Virus record (IMG/VR): IMGVR_UViG_3300007770_000001
Origin: a virus
Lineage: Duplodnaviria > Caudoviricetes
Reading direction: 5' to 3' (one strand)
DNA length: 64,000 nt
Below are positions 43,982 through 53,865 of the stretch, piece after piece (the stretch's first letter is position 1; each line of letters begins with the position of its first letter). The translations under genes were made by a program, and so were the position numbers. The notes under the pieces are model-generated. The model was not told the DNA's origin. It did no database searches and saw only the letters and a program-made list of their open reading frames with translations.

Positions 43982-44742
43982 TGGCCATCGTCCAGGTAGT
44001 CTCAGACCTCCATCTTGAGTTCCACAGGCCCGCCAGTCAGAAGCGCCTGATCGAGGAGATACACGAGCCTGGCGTGGACGTCCTCGTCATCGCGGGAGAC
44101 CTGTGCACTCTGGATAGGCTGGCATGGGCTCTTGGCCACTTCTGCAGACTGTATCCTCATGTGGTCTATGTCCTGGGGAACCACGAGTTCTACGGGTCCT
44201 CGGTGGGGGGAGTCCTTCAGGAGATGGCTTGGATCACCCAGCAGCTTCCCAACCTCCACTGGCTGGACAACTCCATCGTGAAGGTAGCTGGGGTCCGGTT
44301 CATAGGAGGCACCCTGTGGTTCACCAAACCCAAGAACGCCCTCCGCTCCGAGTGGGTCCTTCGGATGAACGACCACCGGATGATCAAGGGGTTGGAACCT
44401 TGGGCTCACGAGCAGAACCAGGCCTGTGTTGAGCTCCTACAGCAGGTTCTGCCCACCGATGTGGTGGTGACCCATTACATGCCTTCCGAGGTATGTGTGT
44501 CCCCGTGGTACAAGGGCTCCCCCCTCAATCACTTCTTCGTCCATGACCTGACTCCTTTGATAGAGGAGCGAGGCCCCGCTCTGTGGGCCTACGGACACAC
44601 CCATGACCGAGCAACCCACGTGGTGGGGAAGACCCTCTTGGTAGGGAATCCTCTCGGATATCCTGGGGAGAGGGAGCATGAAGCTCGAGGCCGGTTCTCG
44701 TCCAGTCTGACGATAGAGGTCCCTGCCCCCTCCAAACCGTAA
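43978..44742 (+). CDS. Calcineurin-like metallophosphoesterase
   Basis: VSDLHLE, IAGDL, VLGNHE, VVVTH, YGHTH, GNPLGY. Confidence 0.92.
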   Translation: MMAIVQVVSDLHLEFHRPASQKRLIEEIHEPGVDVLVIAGDLCTLDRLAWALGHFCRLYPHVVYVLGNHEFYGSSVGGVLQEMAWITQQLPNLHWLDNSIVKVAGVRFIGGTLWFTKPKNALRSEWVLRMNDHRMIKGLEPWAHEQNQACVELLQQVLPTDVVVTHYMPSEVCVSPWYKGSPLNHFFVHDLTPLIEERGPALWAYGHTHDRATHVVGKTLLVGNPLGYPGEREHEARGRFSSSLTIEVPAPSKP

Positions 44743-44762
44743 CACACTCACAGGAGGGGAAC

Positions 44763-45488
44763 TTGGCATCTGCGAATCCTGACTGCCCAGAGTGCTTTGG
44801 CACGGGAAACGTAGAGGGAGAATACAACCCTCCCCACCCCCCGAAGTTCGAGAGATGCGAGTGTGTCCAGCAGGCGGACATCCTGCAGAACGTAGAGAAG
44901 GCCCTGAAGGGTCTCTCCATGCAGCCTGTTGTGAAGCAGTCCCCCCTGGCAGGCGCACATCAGGAGAACCTCTGGATTACTGCGGGATCTGAGTTCCTGC
45001 CTCATCTGAGGCACGTAGCCATCCGGAGGCCCCCTCATTGGTTCCTACAGGTCTCCACAGACGCTGATCTCATCACCGCGTGGTTGGCCACTATTTCTCT
45101 CCAGGGCGGGGAGATCCATGACGCGGATGCGATCAAGACATCAACCCGATTCCTCACCGTCGTGGATCTCGCGGAGCCCCCAGACCTGCTGGTCCTGCGG
45201 ATGGGAGTCAAGGTAGCTCGGAACGCTGCTGCCCCCGAAGTCCTGGCAGAGGTCCTGAACCACCGACTCCACATCGGGAAGCCAACTTGGGTGTGGGACC
45301 AACCAACCCACCCCCTTGACACAGGCCATCTATGCTGGTCCTCGGCGGTCGGGCAGTCCCTGTCCAGCTATCGCCGGGTCAAAGACCTATCCAATCCCGC
45401 TGCCAAGAAGAGGGCGCGTACCCCTGGTCGCAAAACGGGCCGTCGCGCACCCTCCCGCACCACCCTTCGAAGGGGGGGACCTGAGTGA
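44763..45488 (+). CDS. DnaC/helicase-loader-like protein with Zn finger, no recognisable Walker A
   Basis: CPECFG...CECV; PDLLVL...EVLNHRLHIGKPTWVW; directly upstream of DnaB. Confidence 0.6.
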   Translation: MASANPDCPECFGTGNVEGEYNPPHPPKFERCECVQQADILQNVEKALKGLSMQPVVKQSPLAGAHQENLWITAGSEFLPHLRHVAIRRPPHWFLQVSTDADLITAWLATISLQGGEIHDADAIKTSTRFLTVVDLAEPPDLLVLRMGVKVARNAAAPEVLAEVLNHRLHIGKPTWVWDQPTHPLDTGHLCWSSAVGQSLSSYRRVKDLSNPAAKKRARTPGRKTGRRAPSRTTLRRGGPE

Positions 45489-46969
45489 AGGTTCTTCTGC
45501 GCTCTACGTTCAGAAACAGCCCCTCCGACGACAAGGACTCCTTCCTCCGAAACGCCCAAGCATTGCGGGCCTCTGGGGTCGAGTTTCCTGTGGAGGAGGA
45601 CGAGGCGGTTTGGTCCTGGATTCAGGATTTCGTCTCCCAGTACCGGCATGTCCCTGACGCCTCTACAGTGCGTCAGCACTTCACCATCGCAGGCCAGCTC
45701 ACCGTCGTCGACCGGTTCGAGACGGTGGCCGCAGCCGACCCAAAGATCCAGGGAGACTTTCTCCAGCTTCTGGAACGCGTCGCGGAAGATCGACGTCTCC
45801 GGTTGACATCGGAGATCCTCAAGGACGCCAGCCAGATTGCGGTTCGCGGTCTATCCATCAAGGAACCAGGCCAACGCAAGGAAGTACACCTCAGAGGGCC
45901 TGTACAGGCCCTACAGTATGTCGTGGACCGCGCTGGGGATGTCACTACCCCCCTATCGGGGGTCCCTCTCTCGGGGAACGCTACGACGGATGGGGACTCC
46001 TTCAAGGAGGAGTACGAGCGGGTGGAAGAAGACCCTATCGCGGGCTTGGGGCAGTTCTCAGGCATCGAGCAGATGGATGTTGTCCTCAAGGGGGCCAAGC
46101 GACAGCAGATGTGGCTCCACGCAGCCTTCACTGGAGGCCTGAAGTCCACTCTCGCTGTCAACTGGATCTACAACCAAGCGATCTACTACAGGCACTCCTC
46201 AGTGTTCATCTCTCTGGAGATGCCATACGCGCAGGTGCGGCGGATGATCTACGCCATCCATACCTGCCATCCCAAGTTCCGGGATACCCGTCGCAAGCTG
46301 GGAATCAAGAAGAGTCTCGACTACACCAAGATGCGGGACGCAGAACTCTCCGCGGAAGAGAAGACGTTCCTCTTTGACTACGTGGTTCCGGATCTCATGG
46401 ATACCGAGAACCTGTATGGATCCATGTACATCGAGGTGGCGGACGCGCTCAAGGCAGACTTCAACGTCAATGATCTCCGCTCGAAGGCAGAGCTCCGGTT
46501 CAGCCAGGACCCCTCGGTTCGCATGGTAGTCGTGGACCACGCCGGCCTGATGTCCTCCCGGAACCGGCACAACTCCACCACGGAGCGGCTCAACGAGGTT
46601 CTCCGGGACATCAAGAAGCTCTCCATGTCCTTCAACCAGGGCTTGGGGATCGCTATGTTGGTGTTGTTCCAGATCTCCCGGGAAGGGTTCAAGTCCGCAG
46701 AGAAGAACGGAGGCCGCTACAACCTGACGCACCTCAGCTATGCGAACGAGGCCGAGCGCTCCTCGGATATCGTGACCGCTTCTTGGGTCGATGATCAGCT
46801 CGAGGAATCAAACCTGGTGAAGATCCAGCACCTCAAGGCTCGAGAGGACGCGAAGTTCAAAGAGTTCTATGCCGGGGTACTCTGGCCTGCCCGCCGCATC
46901 TTCACGACCAACGATGTTGTCCCCGAGATGGCCAAGAAGACGGGCGACAAGATCGACCTGGGGTTGTGA
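45485..46969 (+). CDS. dnaB: Replicative DnaB-like helicase
   Basis: AAFTGGLKST, FISLEM, VVVDHAGLM, LFQISREG, ERSSDIV. Confidence 0.88.
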   Translation: MKVLLRSTFRNSPSDDKDSFLRNAQALRASGVEFPVEEDEAVWSWIQDFVSQYRHVPDASTVRQHFTIAGQLTVVDRFETVAAADPKIQGDFLQLLERVAEDRRLRLTSEILKDASQIAVRGLSIKEPGQRKEVHLRGPVQALQYVVDRAGDVTTPLSGVPLSGNATTDGDSFKEEYERVEEDPIAGLGQFSGIEQMDVVLKGAKRQQMWLHAAFTGGLKSTLAVNWIYNQAIYYRHSSVFISLEMPYAQVRRMIYAIHTCHPKFRDTRRKLGIKKSLDYTKMRDAELSAEEKTFLFDYVVPDLMDTENLYGSMYIEVADALKADFNVNDLRSKAELRFSQDPSVRMVVVDHAGLMSSRNRHNSTTERLNEVLRDIKKLSMSFNQGLGIAMLVLFQISREGFKSAEKNGGRYNLTHLSYANEAERSSDIVTASWVDDQLEESNLVKIQHLKAREDAKFKEFYAGVLWPARRIFTTNDVVPEMAKKTGDKIDLGL

Positions 46970-47475
46970 TGACTGCCGTAGCTGCCATCGAAGACGCGAT
47001 CCGGCGCAGTTGGAATGAGCGCTTCGTCAGGGGAACCCCTGCGGAGTCCTTGGCCGAACGCCATCTGAACGAGGTCCTCCAGGACTTCATCCTCACCGAA
47101 CCGGTCCTCTCACGCCTCCAGCCTTTCCCGGTCCGGATCCGGGTCCGGATCGTACGGGGTGGGGACATCATGTGGGGGTTCGTCGCCCAGGGAGACCCCA
47201 AGGGGCTGTCCTTGTTCCAGCTGAACCACCCGGAGGACTTCGAGTCCAACTTCCCTGCGAACAAATGGATTTCGCGGTACTCACCCACCCGCGCGTCAGA
47301 GCAGGAACTGGTCTCCATCATCGCACAGATTCTCTCCTATTCCTCCCTTCGGGAGGAATATGGCCAGGATACCTTGGGGGTCCTGATGGCCCTCGGTGCC
47401 CACCGACAGGTGGAGAACCCGGACGAGAAGATCGCGACCCTCGCCAACCGTATCGACAAGGTGCCCCTCAGATGA
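46966..47475 (+). CDS. Hypothetical protein
   Basis: Coupled within replication operon. Confidence 0.7.
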   Translation: MMTAVAAIEDAIRRSWNERFVRGTPAESLAERHLNEVLQDFILTEPVLSRLQPFPVRIRVRIVRGGDIMWGFVAQGDPKGLSLFQLNHPEDFESNFPANKWISRYSPTRASEQELVSIIAQILSYSSLREEYGQDTLGVLMALGAHRQVENPDEKIATLANRIDKVPLR

Positions 47476-48062
47476 ACAGAGCAGGACGTGCCGCCGAGAA
47501 CATCCGAGAGCACGTCCCTATCTCCCGTCTGTTGGCCGACTACGGCTACATGGTGGATCCCCGAGGGGATGACCGGGAGCAGCAGTTCTCCTGCGATCTA
47601 CATGGGGACGGACAGGACAGCAAGCCCTCCGCTCGCCTGTACCCGGGGAGCGGTCAGTTCTACTGCTTCGCCTGCGGGATATCTCGGGACCACGTTGCCC
47701 TGGTCCGCGAGAAGGAGGGTGTCTCCTTCTGGGAAGCCGTCAAGATACTGGAGCGTCGCTACGACGTCCCTGCGCTTCCCTGGGAGCCTGACGAGCAGGA
47801 GCGTCCCCCTACCCCCGAGGAGGAGGTTGCGACGCTCCTACAGTCTTCTGAGACGGCCGAGGATGCCCTCCGGAGAACCGAGCGCCTCCTTCGCACTACC
47901 ACCCGAGAACGAGAGCTCCCTGTGAAGACTTGCATGGGTCTGTGGGGAGTCTATGACCGGGTAGTGGCCGCCCATCAAGAGGGTGTGGAAGAAGCCCAGA
48001 TCGTTCAAATGGCACACAGCATACTGGAGAAGACCAAGAAGTCTCTCCGTGGAGAAGCATGA
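47472..48062 (+). CDS. Stand-alone CHC2 primase zinc-binding domain protein
   Basis: SCDLHGDGQDSKPSA...FYCFACG...EKEGVSFWEAVKIL; no TOPRIM. Confidence 0.82.
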   Translation: MNRAGRAAENIREHVPISRLLADYGYMVDPRGDDREQQFSCDLHGDGQDSKPSARLYPGSGQFYCFACGISRDHVALVREKEGVSFWEAVKILERRYDVPALPWEPDEQERPPTPEEEVATLLQSSETAEDALRRTERLLRTTTRERELPVKTCMGLWGVYDRVVAAHQEGVEEAQIVQMAHSILEKTKKSLRGEA

Positions 48063-51022
48063 TCCAGTCCAGTCTCTTCGACCAAATGGCAGATCTCGCG
48101 AAGCCCCGGCTCACCAAGAAGCCCTGGATGGAGACGGTAGAGCTCATCTTGGGGGTGCCTGATCTCATCCCCCAGGTGATTCAGGAGTGTATCGAATCCG
48201 GCATCTACGGGCTGGATTTGGAGACCTCCGGCCTGGACCAACGTGCGTTTCCCAACGATACGGGGGAGCTCGAGACGGTCGACAAGATCGTCGGCGTATG
48301 CATCGCTCCGACGACCTCCAAGGGCTACTACTTCCCGGTTCGACACAAGGACCAGGGAGCGGAAGCCAACGTGCCGGTCCGTCTCATCAAGGAGATGATC
48401 GAGAAGATCCAGGAGGGGAAGGCGGTCGCGGTGTTCCACAACGCCAAGTTCGACCAGAAGTTCCTCAAGTACGATCCCTGTGGGGCCATTGGGGAGTGGG
48501 ACGAGCCGGATACCTGGCACGACACCTGGATCCTTGCCTACCTCCGCAACTCTCGCCAGCGCCAGAAGGGTCTGAAGTTCCTGGCGGGGTCCGAACTCGA
48601 CCGAGAGATGTTCGAGCTCCATGAGCTCTTCCTCAAGGAGCGGGGGAAGAAAATCGACAAGGACTTCTCCAAGTTGGACCCCCTGTGGGAACCGGTCCTC
48701 TGGTACGCGGCTCCTGACGCCATCAACACCCTGGCCCTGTTCGAGATCCTCTATCCGGCGATCTCGGAGGAGGACCAGTTCGGCAACGCCCAGAACGTCA
48801 TCTACACGATCGAGAAGATCTGCTCTACGGCCACAATGTGGATGGAGCAGTGCCGGATCTTCATCGACCGGAAGAAGCTCGAAGAGCTCATCCGCCTGGG
48901 GCAGCAGGAGTGGTGGGAGTGCGTCAACAAGGTCTACGATGAGGTTTCTGCCGCTCTTGGGCGGGACGCCCGCCCCGCTTGGCTGGGAGAGATGGGGCGC
49001 ATCTTCAACAAGGATGTGATCTCCCCCAACTACGGGGAGGTCCGAGCGATGGCTCTGACCCGTGTAGCAGAGCCGGCCAGGCCTTCCATCACCAAGTCCG
49101 TCCCTGGTCTGGTGAACAAGAAGCAGCGGGAAACGGTTCACTTCCCCCACACCTACGACATCACGATCCCCGCCTCTCTGGGGCTCCTGCTCCGTGAGAT
49201 GAACGTCCCTGGCCTGGTCCCCACGGAGAAGTCCGGACAGGTCAAGACGTCGAAGGACGTGCTGGACAAGGTCATTGAGGACCAGGGCGAGACGCTGCCT
49301 TGGATGAAGTCGGTTCGCCGCTTCCGGCAGATCACCAAGTCCCTGGGCACCACCCTGCTCAACATCTACAAGGACTCCTCCCCGGAGCGGGCCCCTGACG
49401 GGTGTGTCTGGGCCAACTTCAATGGTCTGAAGACGGATACGGGTCGGTTCTCCACCCCCACGCCACGGGACAAGAAGAACTTCCACGGCCAGGTCAACTG
49501 GAACGTCCAATCAACGACGGCCACCTACGACAAGAGCCTGCCTGCCTGTTCCTACCGACAACGCGAGGTGGTGGCGGCCAAGCCCAGCTACATCTTCTTC
49601 GCGATCGACTACTCGGGCGTAGAGCTCCGGATCGTCACCAACCTCTCCGGCGAGCCCAAGTGGGTGGCGGAGTTCTTCCGGTGCGCTCCGTGTGGTCTGG
49701 AGTTCGATCGGGGAACAGAACCTCCACCGTTCTGCCCCGAATGTGGGTCCAACAAGATCGGGGACCTACACACGCTCACCGCTATCGGGATCTACGGGTC
49801 AAGCGATAAGCTCAAGAGACAGACCGGCAAGATCGTCAACTTCCTCCTCTGCTATGGGGGCTCAGGAATCGCTGTCCAGAGGTCCACTGGGTGCAACGAG
49901 GAGGAGGGCTGGCGCATCAAGAACCAGTTCGACAAGACCTACCGGGGCCTGCAGGCTTGGTGGCGCGCCCAGGAGCGTCTGGCGAAGAAGCAGAAGTACG
50001 TCACCACGGCGTTCGGCCGGAAGTATCCGGTTCCCGACATCGACCACGAGTACAACAAGTTCCGGTCCAAGGCCAAGCGGAACGCGGTCAACGGGCCTGT
50101 ACAGGGAACCTCCGCTGACATCATGAAGCTGGCGATGGGCCTCCTGTATCGGGAGTTCAAGCGCCGGGGATGGATCAACCGGGGGCCGGACCTTGAGGAC
50201 CTGGTTCGGATGGTCCTCACCATTCACGACGAACTCGGGTTCGAGATCCATGAGTCCATCGTAGACGAGGCCATCCAGGTCATCTGCGATATCATGTGTC
50301 GCAAGACGGTCGGCCAGCTGGGGTGGTTGATTCCCCTCAAGGTCGACGTTGAGTTTGGCGCCAACTGGACCGTCCCCAACAACCTCACCGAGATGTCCTA
50401 CAACAAGGGTGGTGGTGACTGGACCCCCTATCTGGCCAAGGTCTTCCCGACCTACTATGCCAACTACCTGGAGCACGGGGGGACCCCCGTAGCGGAGAAG
50501 GAGGAGCCGCCCCCCTCGGACGACAACGGAGGAGGTGCTCCCAGTGAGGGCCCTCCGGGTCCCGATCACCCCGATGCCTGCACCACCTGCAGCGGGCATG
50601 GCTACACTCCGTTCGAGGACTCCTGTTCCAAGTGCGAGGGTTCGGGTTTCCGCGCAGACGGTAACTCCAACCCTCCGGATGGATCATCGGGAGGCAGTTC
50701 AGAGATTCCCTCCCCGGTTCCCCCGCCTTCTTCCACTGTTGGACAGGATGGCTTGGGTTCTGTGGCTTCTCCGCGAGGCCACTCTCGGGAACCGGGGAAG
50801 GTTTCTCGGGTCGGAGATGGGCGAGAGTTCGTCTACAAGATCCAATCTCATCTGCTGACTCCCGACAACGCCGAGAAGTTGGCCCGTGTGGTCCAACGGT
50901 GTCAGGGTCGAGGCACGGATTCTGTTCGGATCCAGAGCACTGGGGGTACTGATCTCTTGGGCCATCCCGTCCGCGTCGCTCTGGATGAGTTCAAGATCAT
51001 TGCCCAGTACGAGGGTCTGTAA
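48059..51022 (+). CDS. polA: Family A DNA polymerase with 3'-5' exonuclease
   Basis: LDLETSG, HNAKFD, YAAPDA; KTDTGRFS, IDYSGVELR, KIVNFLLCYG, VQGTSADI, IHDEL. Confidence 0.93.
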   Translation: MIQSSLFDQMADLAKPRLTKKPWMETVELILGVPDLIPQVIQECIESGIYGLDLETSGLDQRAFPNDTGELETVDKIVGVCIAPTTSKGYYFPVRHKDQGAEANVPVRLIKEMIEKIQEGKAVAVFHNAKFDQKFLKYDPCGAIGEWDEPDTWHDTWILAYLRNSRQRQKGLKFLAGSELDREMFELHELFLKERGKKIDKDFSKLDPLWEPVLWYAAPDAINTLALFEILYPAISEEDQFGNAQNVIYTIEKICSTATMWMEQCRIFIDRKKLEELIRLGQQEWWECVNKVYDEVSAALGRDARPAWLGEMGRIFNKDVISPNYGEVRAMALTRVAEPARPSITKSVPGLVNKKQRETVHFPHTYDITIPASLGLLLREMNVPGLVPTEKSGQVKTSKDVLDKVIEDQGETLPWMKSVRRFRQITKSLGTTLLNIYKDSSPERAPDGCVWANFNGLKTDTGRFSTPTPRDKKNFHGQVNWNVQSTTATYDKSLPACSYRQREVVAAKPSYIFFAIDYSGVELRIVTNLSGEPKWVAEFFRCAPCGLEFDRGTEPPPFCPECGSNKIGDLHTLTAIGIYGSSDKLKRQTGKIVNFLLCYGGSGIAVQRSTGCNEEEGWRIKNQFDKTYRGLQAWWRAQERLAKKQKYVTTAFGRKYPVPDIDHEYNKFRSKAKRNAVNGPVQGTSADIMKLAMGLLYREFKRRGWINRGPDLEDLVRMVLTIHDELGFEIHESIVDEAIQVICDIMCRKTVGQLGWLIPLKVDVEFGANWTVPNNLTEMSYNKGGGDWTPYLAKVFPTYYANYLEHGGTPVAEKEEPPPSDDNGGGAPSEGPPGPDHPDACTTCSGHGYTPFEDSCSKCEGSGFRADGNSNPPDGSSGGSSEIPSPVPPPSSTVGQDGLGSVASPRGHSREPGKVSRVGDGREFVYKIQSHLLTPDNAEKLARVVQRCQGRGTDSVRIQSTGGTDLLGHPVRVALDEFKIIAQYEGL

Positions 51023-51327
51023 TGAGAGACCGAGTCAAATCGCTCACCGACGAGAACGAGGACACCTATACGTGTGAGAACGAGCAGTTCTGGCCCCCTC
51101 CCGAGGCGTTCATCTATGAGAACGCCCAGGCCGTTCGAGCCGAGTGGGGGGATACTGTCTATGAGCGGTTCCGGGTCTGGGAGAGGGTCTGTGGTCTGAA
51201 GAGCATGAGCCATGACAAGTGCCTCGAGTGCCCTCACGTTCTCAAGAATGGGCAGAACAAGCGCAGACGGAAATCTGCCCTGCCCTCAGCTCAGGCTGTA
51301 GGTCCTGCGCGGAATCGGAAGAGGTAG
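51022..51327 (+). CDS. Hypothetical Cys-containing protein
   Basis: TAATG coupling to pol. Confidence 0.65.
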   Translation: MRDRVKSLTDENEDTYTCENEQFWPPPEAFIYENAQAVRAEWGDTVYERFRVWERVCGLKSMSHDKCLECPHVLKNGQNKRRRKSALPSAQAVGPARNRKR

Positions 51328-51351
51328 AGAGCCTATCCCGGCACTCCCTCC

Positions 51352-52395
51352 ATGAAGACCGGCGCTTCCCTGACAGTTGGAGATAGGACTTCCCCTCTGG
51401 AGGCGGACCTCCTGGTTTCCATGGCGAGGGATCACTCCTTGATCGGGAAGGCTGTTCGGGTCTCCCCTGTAGCGGAAGGGAGACTCCAGAAGCGACGCGG
51501 GGAGACCGGAGAGATCACCGGCGTAGTCGTTCGGTACGGAGAGGTCGTCTGCTACGAAATCTCGATCGACGGAGACACCTACAACGCGACCCTCAAGGAT
51601 GTCTTCACCAACCGACAGGTCCTTGAGGATATCCAGCCGGCGACCTCGGAGATAGCCAAGGTCCAGGAAGCCCTGGCTCACTGGATGCAGCCCCGGACCT
51701 ACTGGGAGTCGCGGATAGACGGGTTGGAGAACCTGTTTTTCGAGATGGCCTCCCTCTCCTTGGATGTCCATATGGACATCACAGACGGGCTGAAAGTCAT
51801 CATCCCGAACGACTTCGGGGATATGGCCGTAGTTCCGGTGACTGTCACCCCCGTGCGGAACGCTTGGATGATGACCCTGGGGGTCTGCTGGGATCGTTCC
51901 CCCCGACCCTTCTCCAAAGGGGATGTAGCCAAAAGCCACTGGGTTCGTACCTTTGAGTTGACTCAGGAGGCGGCGGACTATCTGTGGAGAGAGAAGTCCC
52001 TGCCCTGGGGATTCGCTCTGGAGATCCTTGATCGGAACAAGCACCAGACCAAGAAGACCCTCCGGCCCCTGTTTGAGAAGACCATGCGGCGGGTCCTCGC
52101 GGAGTCCATGAAAGTCCTGGGCCGCCGGAAGGTCCTGGGTCCTGTTCATGTAGGGTTCTCCGATGTCCGCCTCCCGGCCACCGCTATTGGATTGACGGAG
52201 CCTCCTTCTGATCGACGCCCCTACACTGTGGTGTCGATATCCCCCCGCACTCTGAATGACCCCCACCAGCTACAGCAAGTGGTGCTCCACGAATGCATTC
52301 ACATAGCGGTAGCGTCTACAGGGGGCGAGCCTCACAACGCCGAGTTCATGAAGATGGCGGAGGCGCTGGGTCTCGACGAGGAATATCGCAACTGA
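51352..52395 (+). CDS. Protein with C-terminal SprT-like zinc metalloprotease
   Basis: VVLHECIHIAV...HNAEFMKMA. Confidence 0.78.
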   Translation: MKTGASLTVGDRTSPLEADLLVSMARDHSLIGKAVRVSPVAEGRLQKRRGETGEITGVVVRYGEVVCYEISIDGDTYNATLKDVFTNRQVLEDIQPATSEIAKVQEALAHWMQPRTYWESRIDGLENLFFEMASLSLDVHMDITDGLKVIIPNDFGDMAVVPVTVTPVRNAWMMTLGVCWDRSPRPFSKGDVAKSHWVRTFELTQEAADYLWREKSLPWGFALEILDRNKHQTKKTLRPLFEKTMRRVLAESMKVLGRRKVLGPVHVGFSDVRLPATAIGLTEPPSDRRPYTVVSISPRTLNDPHQLQQVVLHECIHIAVASTGGEPHNAEFMKMAEALGLDEEYRN

Positions 52396-52396
52396 G

Positions 52397-52424
52397 GTTT
52401 CCCCTCCCCACCCTGGGACGTAAC
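52397..52424 (+). promoter_or_regulatory. Class I promoter-like motif GTTTCC-N13-GGACGTAAC
   Basis: Upstream of AGGAGG RBS of 52445. Confidence 0.75.
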
Positions 52425-52444
52425 TCTGGGGCAGGAGGGAGAAT

Positions 52445-52906
52445 ATGCGATACGACCCCCGGAGCTTTTCCGACCGTTGCAGCTTGGCTCGTGAGCTGAT
52501 CACCAAGCTGGAAAGCTGTGGGTTCTCCCCGACGGAGATCCCCGGAACTCAGGAGAAGGTCTATCAGCGCCAGGTGCCCAACACCTCCCTGTGGATCACC
52601 GTCTACACGACGGTCGTGGTCGACTCCTTCGATCCCAACGGCGCGCTTTGCGTCCGGACATCTGGTTCCGACGCCATCCGCGTGGTTCTCCTTCACACCA
52701 AGAACCGTACTCGGGGTGTCGGGAAGGAGAGGCGGGTGAATCGGACGGGCACGATCCCGCGGATCACCCACCGGATGCACGAGAGGATGCGGGACGCCTA
52801 CCTGAAGGCTCTCGAGACCGAGCGTTGCTCCAGCTGCGGGAGCGCCCTCTTCCTCTCCAAGAAAAAGAACCAGGTCTGTGCGGACCTCTGCTGGAAGAAC
52901 CGATGA
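52445..52906 (+). CDS. Hypothetical protein with C-terminal Zn motif
   Basis: RBS, promoter motif; CSSC...CADLC. Confidence 0.78.
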   Translation: MRYDPRSFSDRCSLARELITKLESCGFSPTEIPGTQEKVYQRQVPNTSLWITVYTTVVVDSFDPNGALCVRTSGSDAIRVVLLHTKNRTRGVGKERRVNRTGTIPRITHRMHERMRDAYLKALETERCSSCGSALFLSKKKNQVCADLCWKNR

Positions 52907-53097
52907 GCAAGAGAAGCCTACAAATCCTGGTCCGCCGCACTCGGGGAGGGCACGCCATGAACCTGGTCCGAGAGCGGATCTCTGAGATGTCGGATGAGGA
53001 GGCTCGTCAGTGGCTCGTTCTCTTCCAAAACGTCCAAACCCAGGCGCAGCAGGAGGGCGAGTCGAACGTCCGTCGGAGGTATCCGTGGCATCGGTAG
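52903..53097 (+). CDS. Small hypothetical protein, 64 aa
   Basis: ATGA coupling at 52903. Confidence 0.6.
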   Translation: MSKRSLQILVRRTRGGHAMNLVRERISEMSDEEARQWLVLFQNVQTQAQQEGESNVRRRYPWHR

Positions 53098-53864
53098 ACG
53101 ACCTGATCATGAACTGGTCCAAGGGACCCAAGACCCCCACCACCAAGAAGGCTCCTCCTCCGGCAGAGCCGGCCAGGGACACCTCGGAGCTCGCGGCAGC
53201 CCAGGCGCTTCGCAAGGCCCTCCTGGAGCTGGAGTCCGCAGGCAAGGAGTATCCCAAGCAGACTCACTGGATCCCCCTGGTCCGCAAGGCCCTGGGACGG
53301 AGCCGTCTGCGCCGGAGCCTGTTCGACAAGGTCGTGGCTGCGGGAATCCAGGCCAAGCTGTTCAAGAAGGATGGCGAGTACCTGTTCATCCCCCCAGAGA
53401 CCAAGGAACCGGCCAAGAAGCCTCCCTCCAAGAGGACGGAATCCCCTGGGATCCGGATTCCGGAAAAACCCAAGGCTCCCTCTCCCCACCGGATCATGGA
53501 CTGCGGGCACCCCAACTTCCAGAGAGTCCCCAAGGAGGGAACCGAGGACGAGGAGTATCTCTGCAACCAGGTACGTCCTCGGAACGTTCGCCGGTTCAAC
53601 GGCCCGGAGGACTGCTATATGTGCTCCGCAGGGCTCCCTGGGAAGCCCCAATACCAGAAGGGGGAGTACCGTAGCCCCGTTCCTCTGGGGAACCGTAGGA
53701 CGGCCTCCAAGGACTCCCATACAGGCTTTCCTGGCCTGTGTGCAGACCCTGAGACCGGCTTCTACATCGGGGGGGTTGGGAACAACTGCAGACTCTACCA
53801 TGACGGACCGGAACGCTGTGTAGCGCACGCTCCTCGGGAAACCAAGACCGGTAAGGACACGTAG
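53085..53864 (+). CDS. Hypothetical Lys/Pro-rich, Cys-containing protein
   Basis: GGAGG RBS before GTG 53085. Confidence 0.68.
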   Translation: MASVDDLIMNWSKGPKTPTTKKAPPPAEPARDTSELAAAQALRKALLELESAGKEYPKQTHWIPLVRKALGRSRLRRSLFDKVVAAGIQAKLFKKDGEYLFIPPETKEPAKKPPSKRTESPGIRIPEKPKAPSPHRIMDCGHPNFQRVPKEGTEDEEYLCNQVRPRNVRRFNGPEDCYMCSAGLPGKPQYQKGEYRSPVPLGNRRTASKDSHTGFPGLCADPETGFYIGGVGNNCRLYHDGPERCVAHAPRETKTGKDT

Positions 53865-53865
53865 G

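Noticed and set aside
49682-49759. Mini-intein in the polymerase
   Set aside because: Cys residues form CxxC pairs; no intein blocks or terminal Asn.
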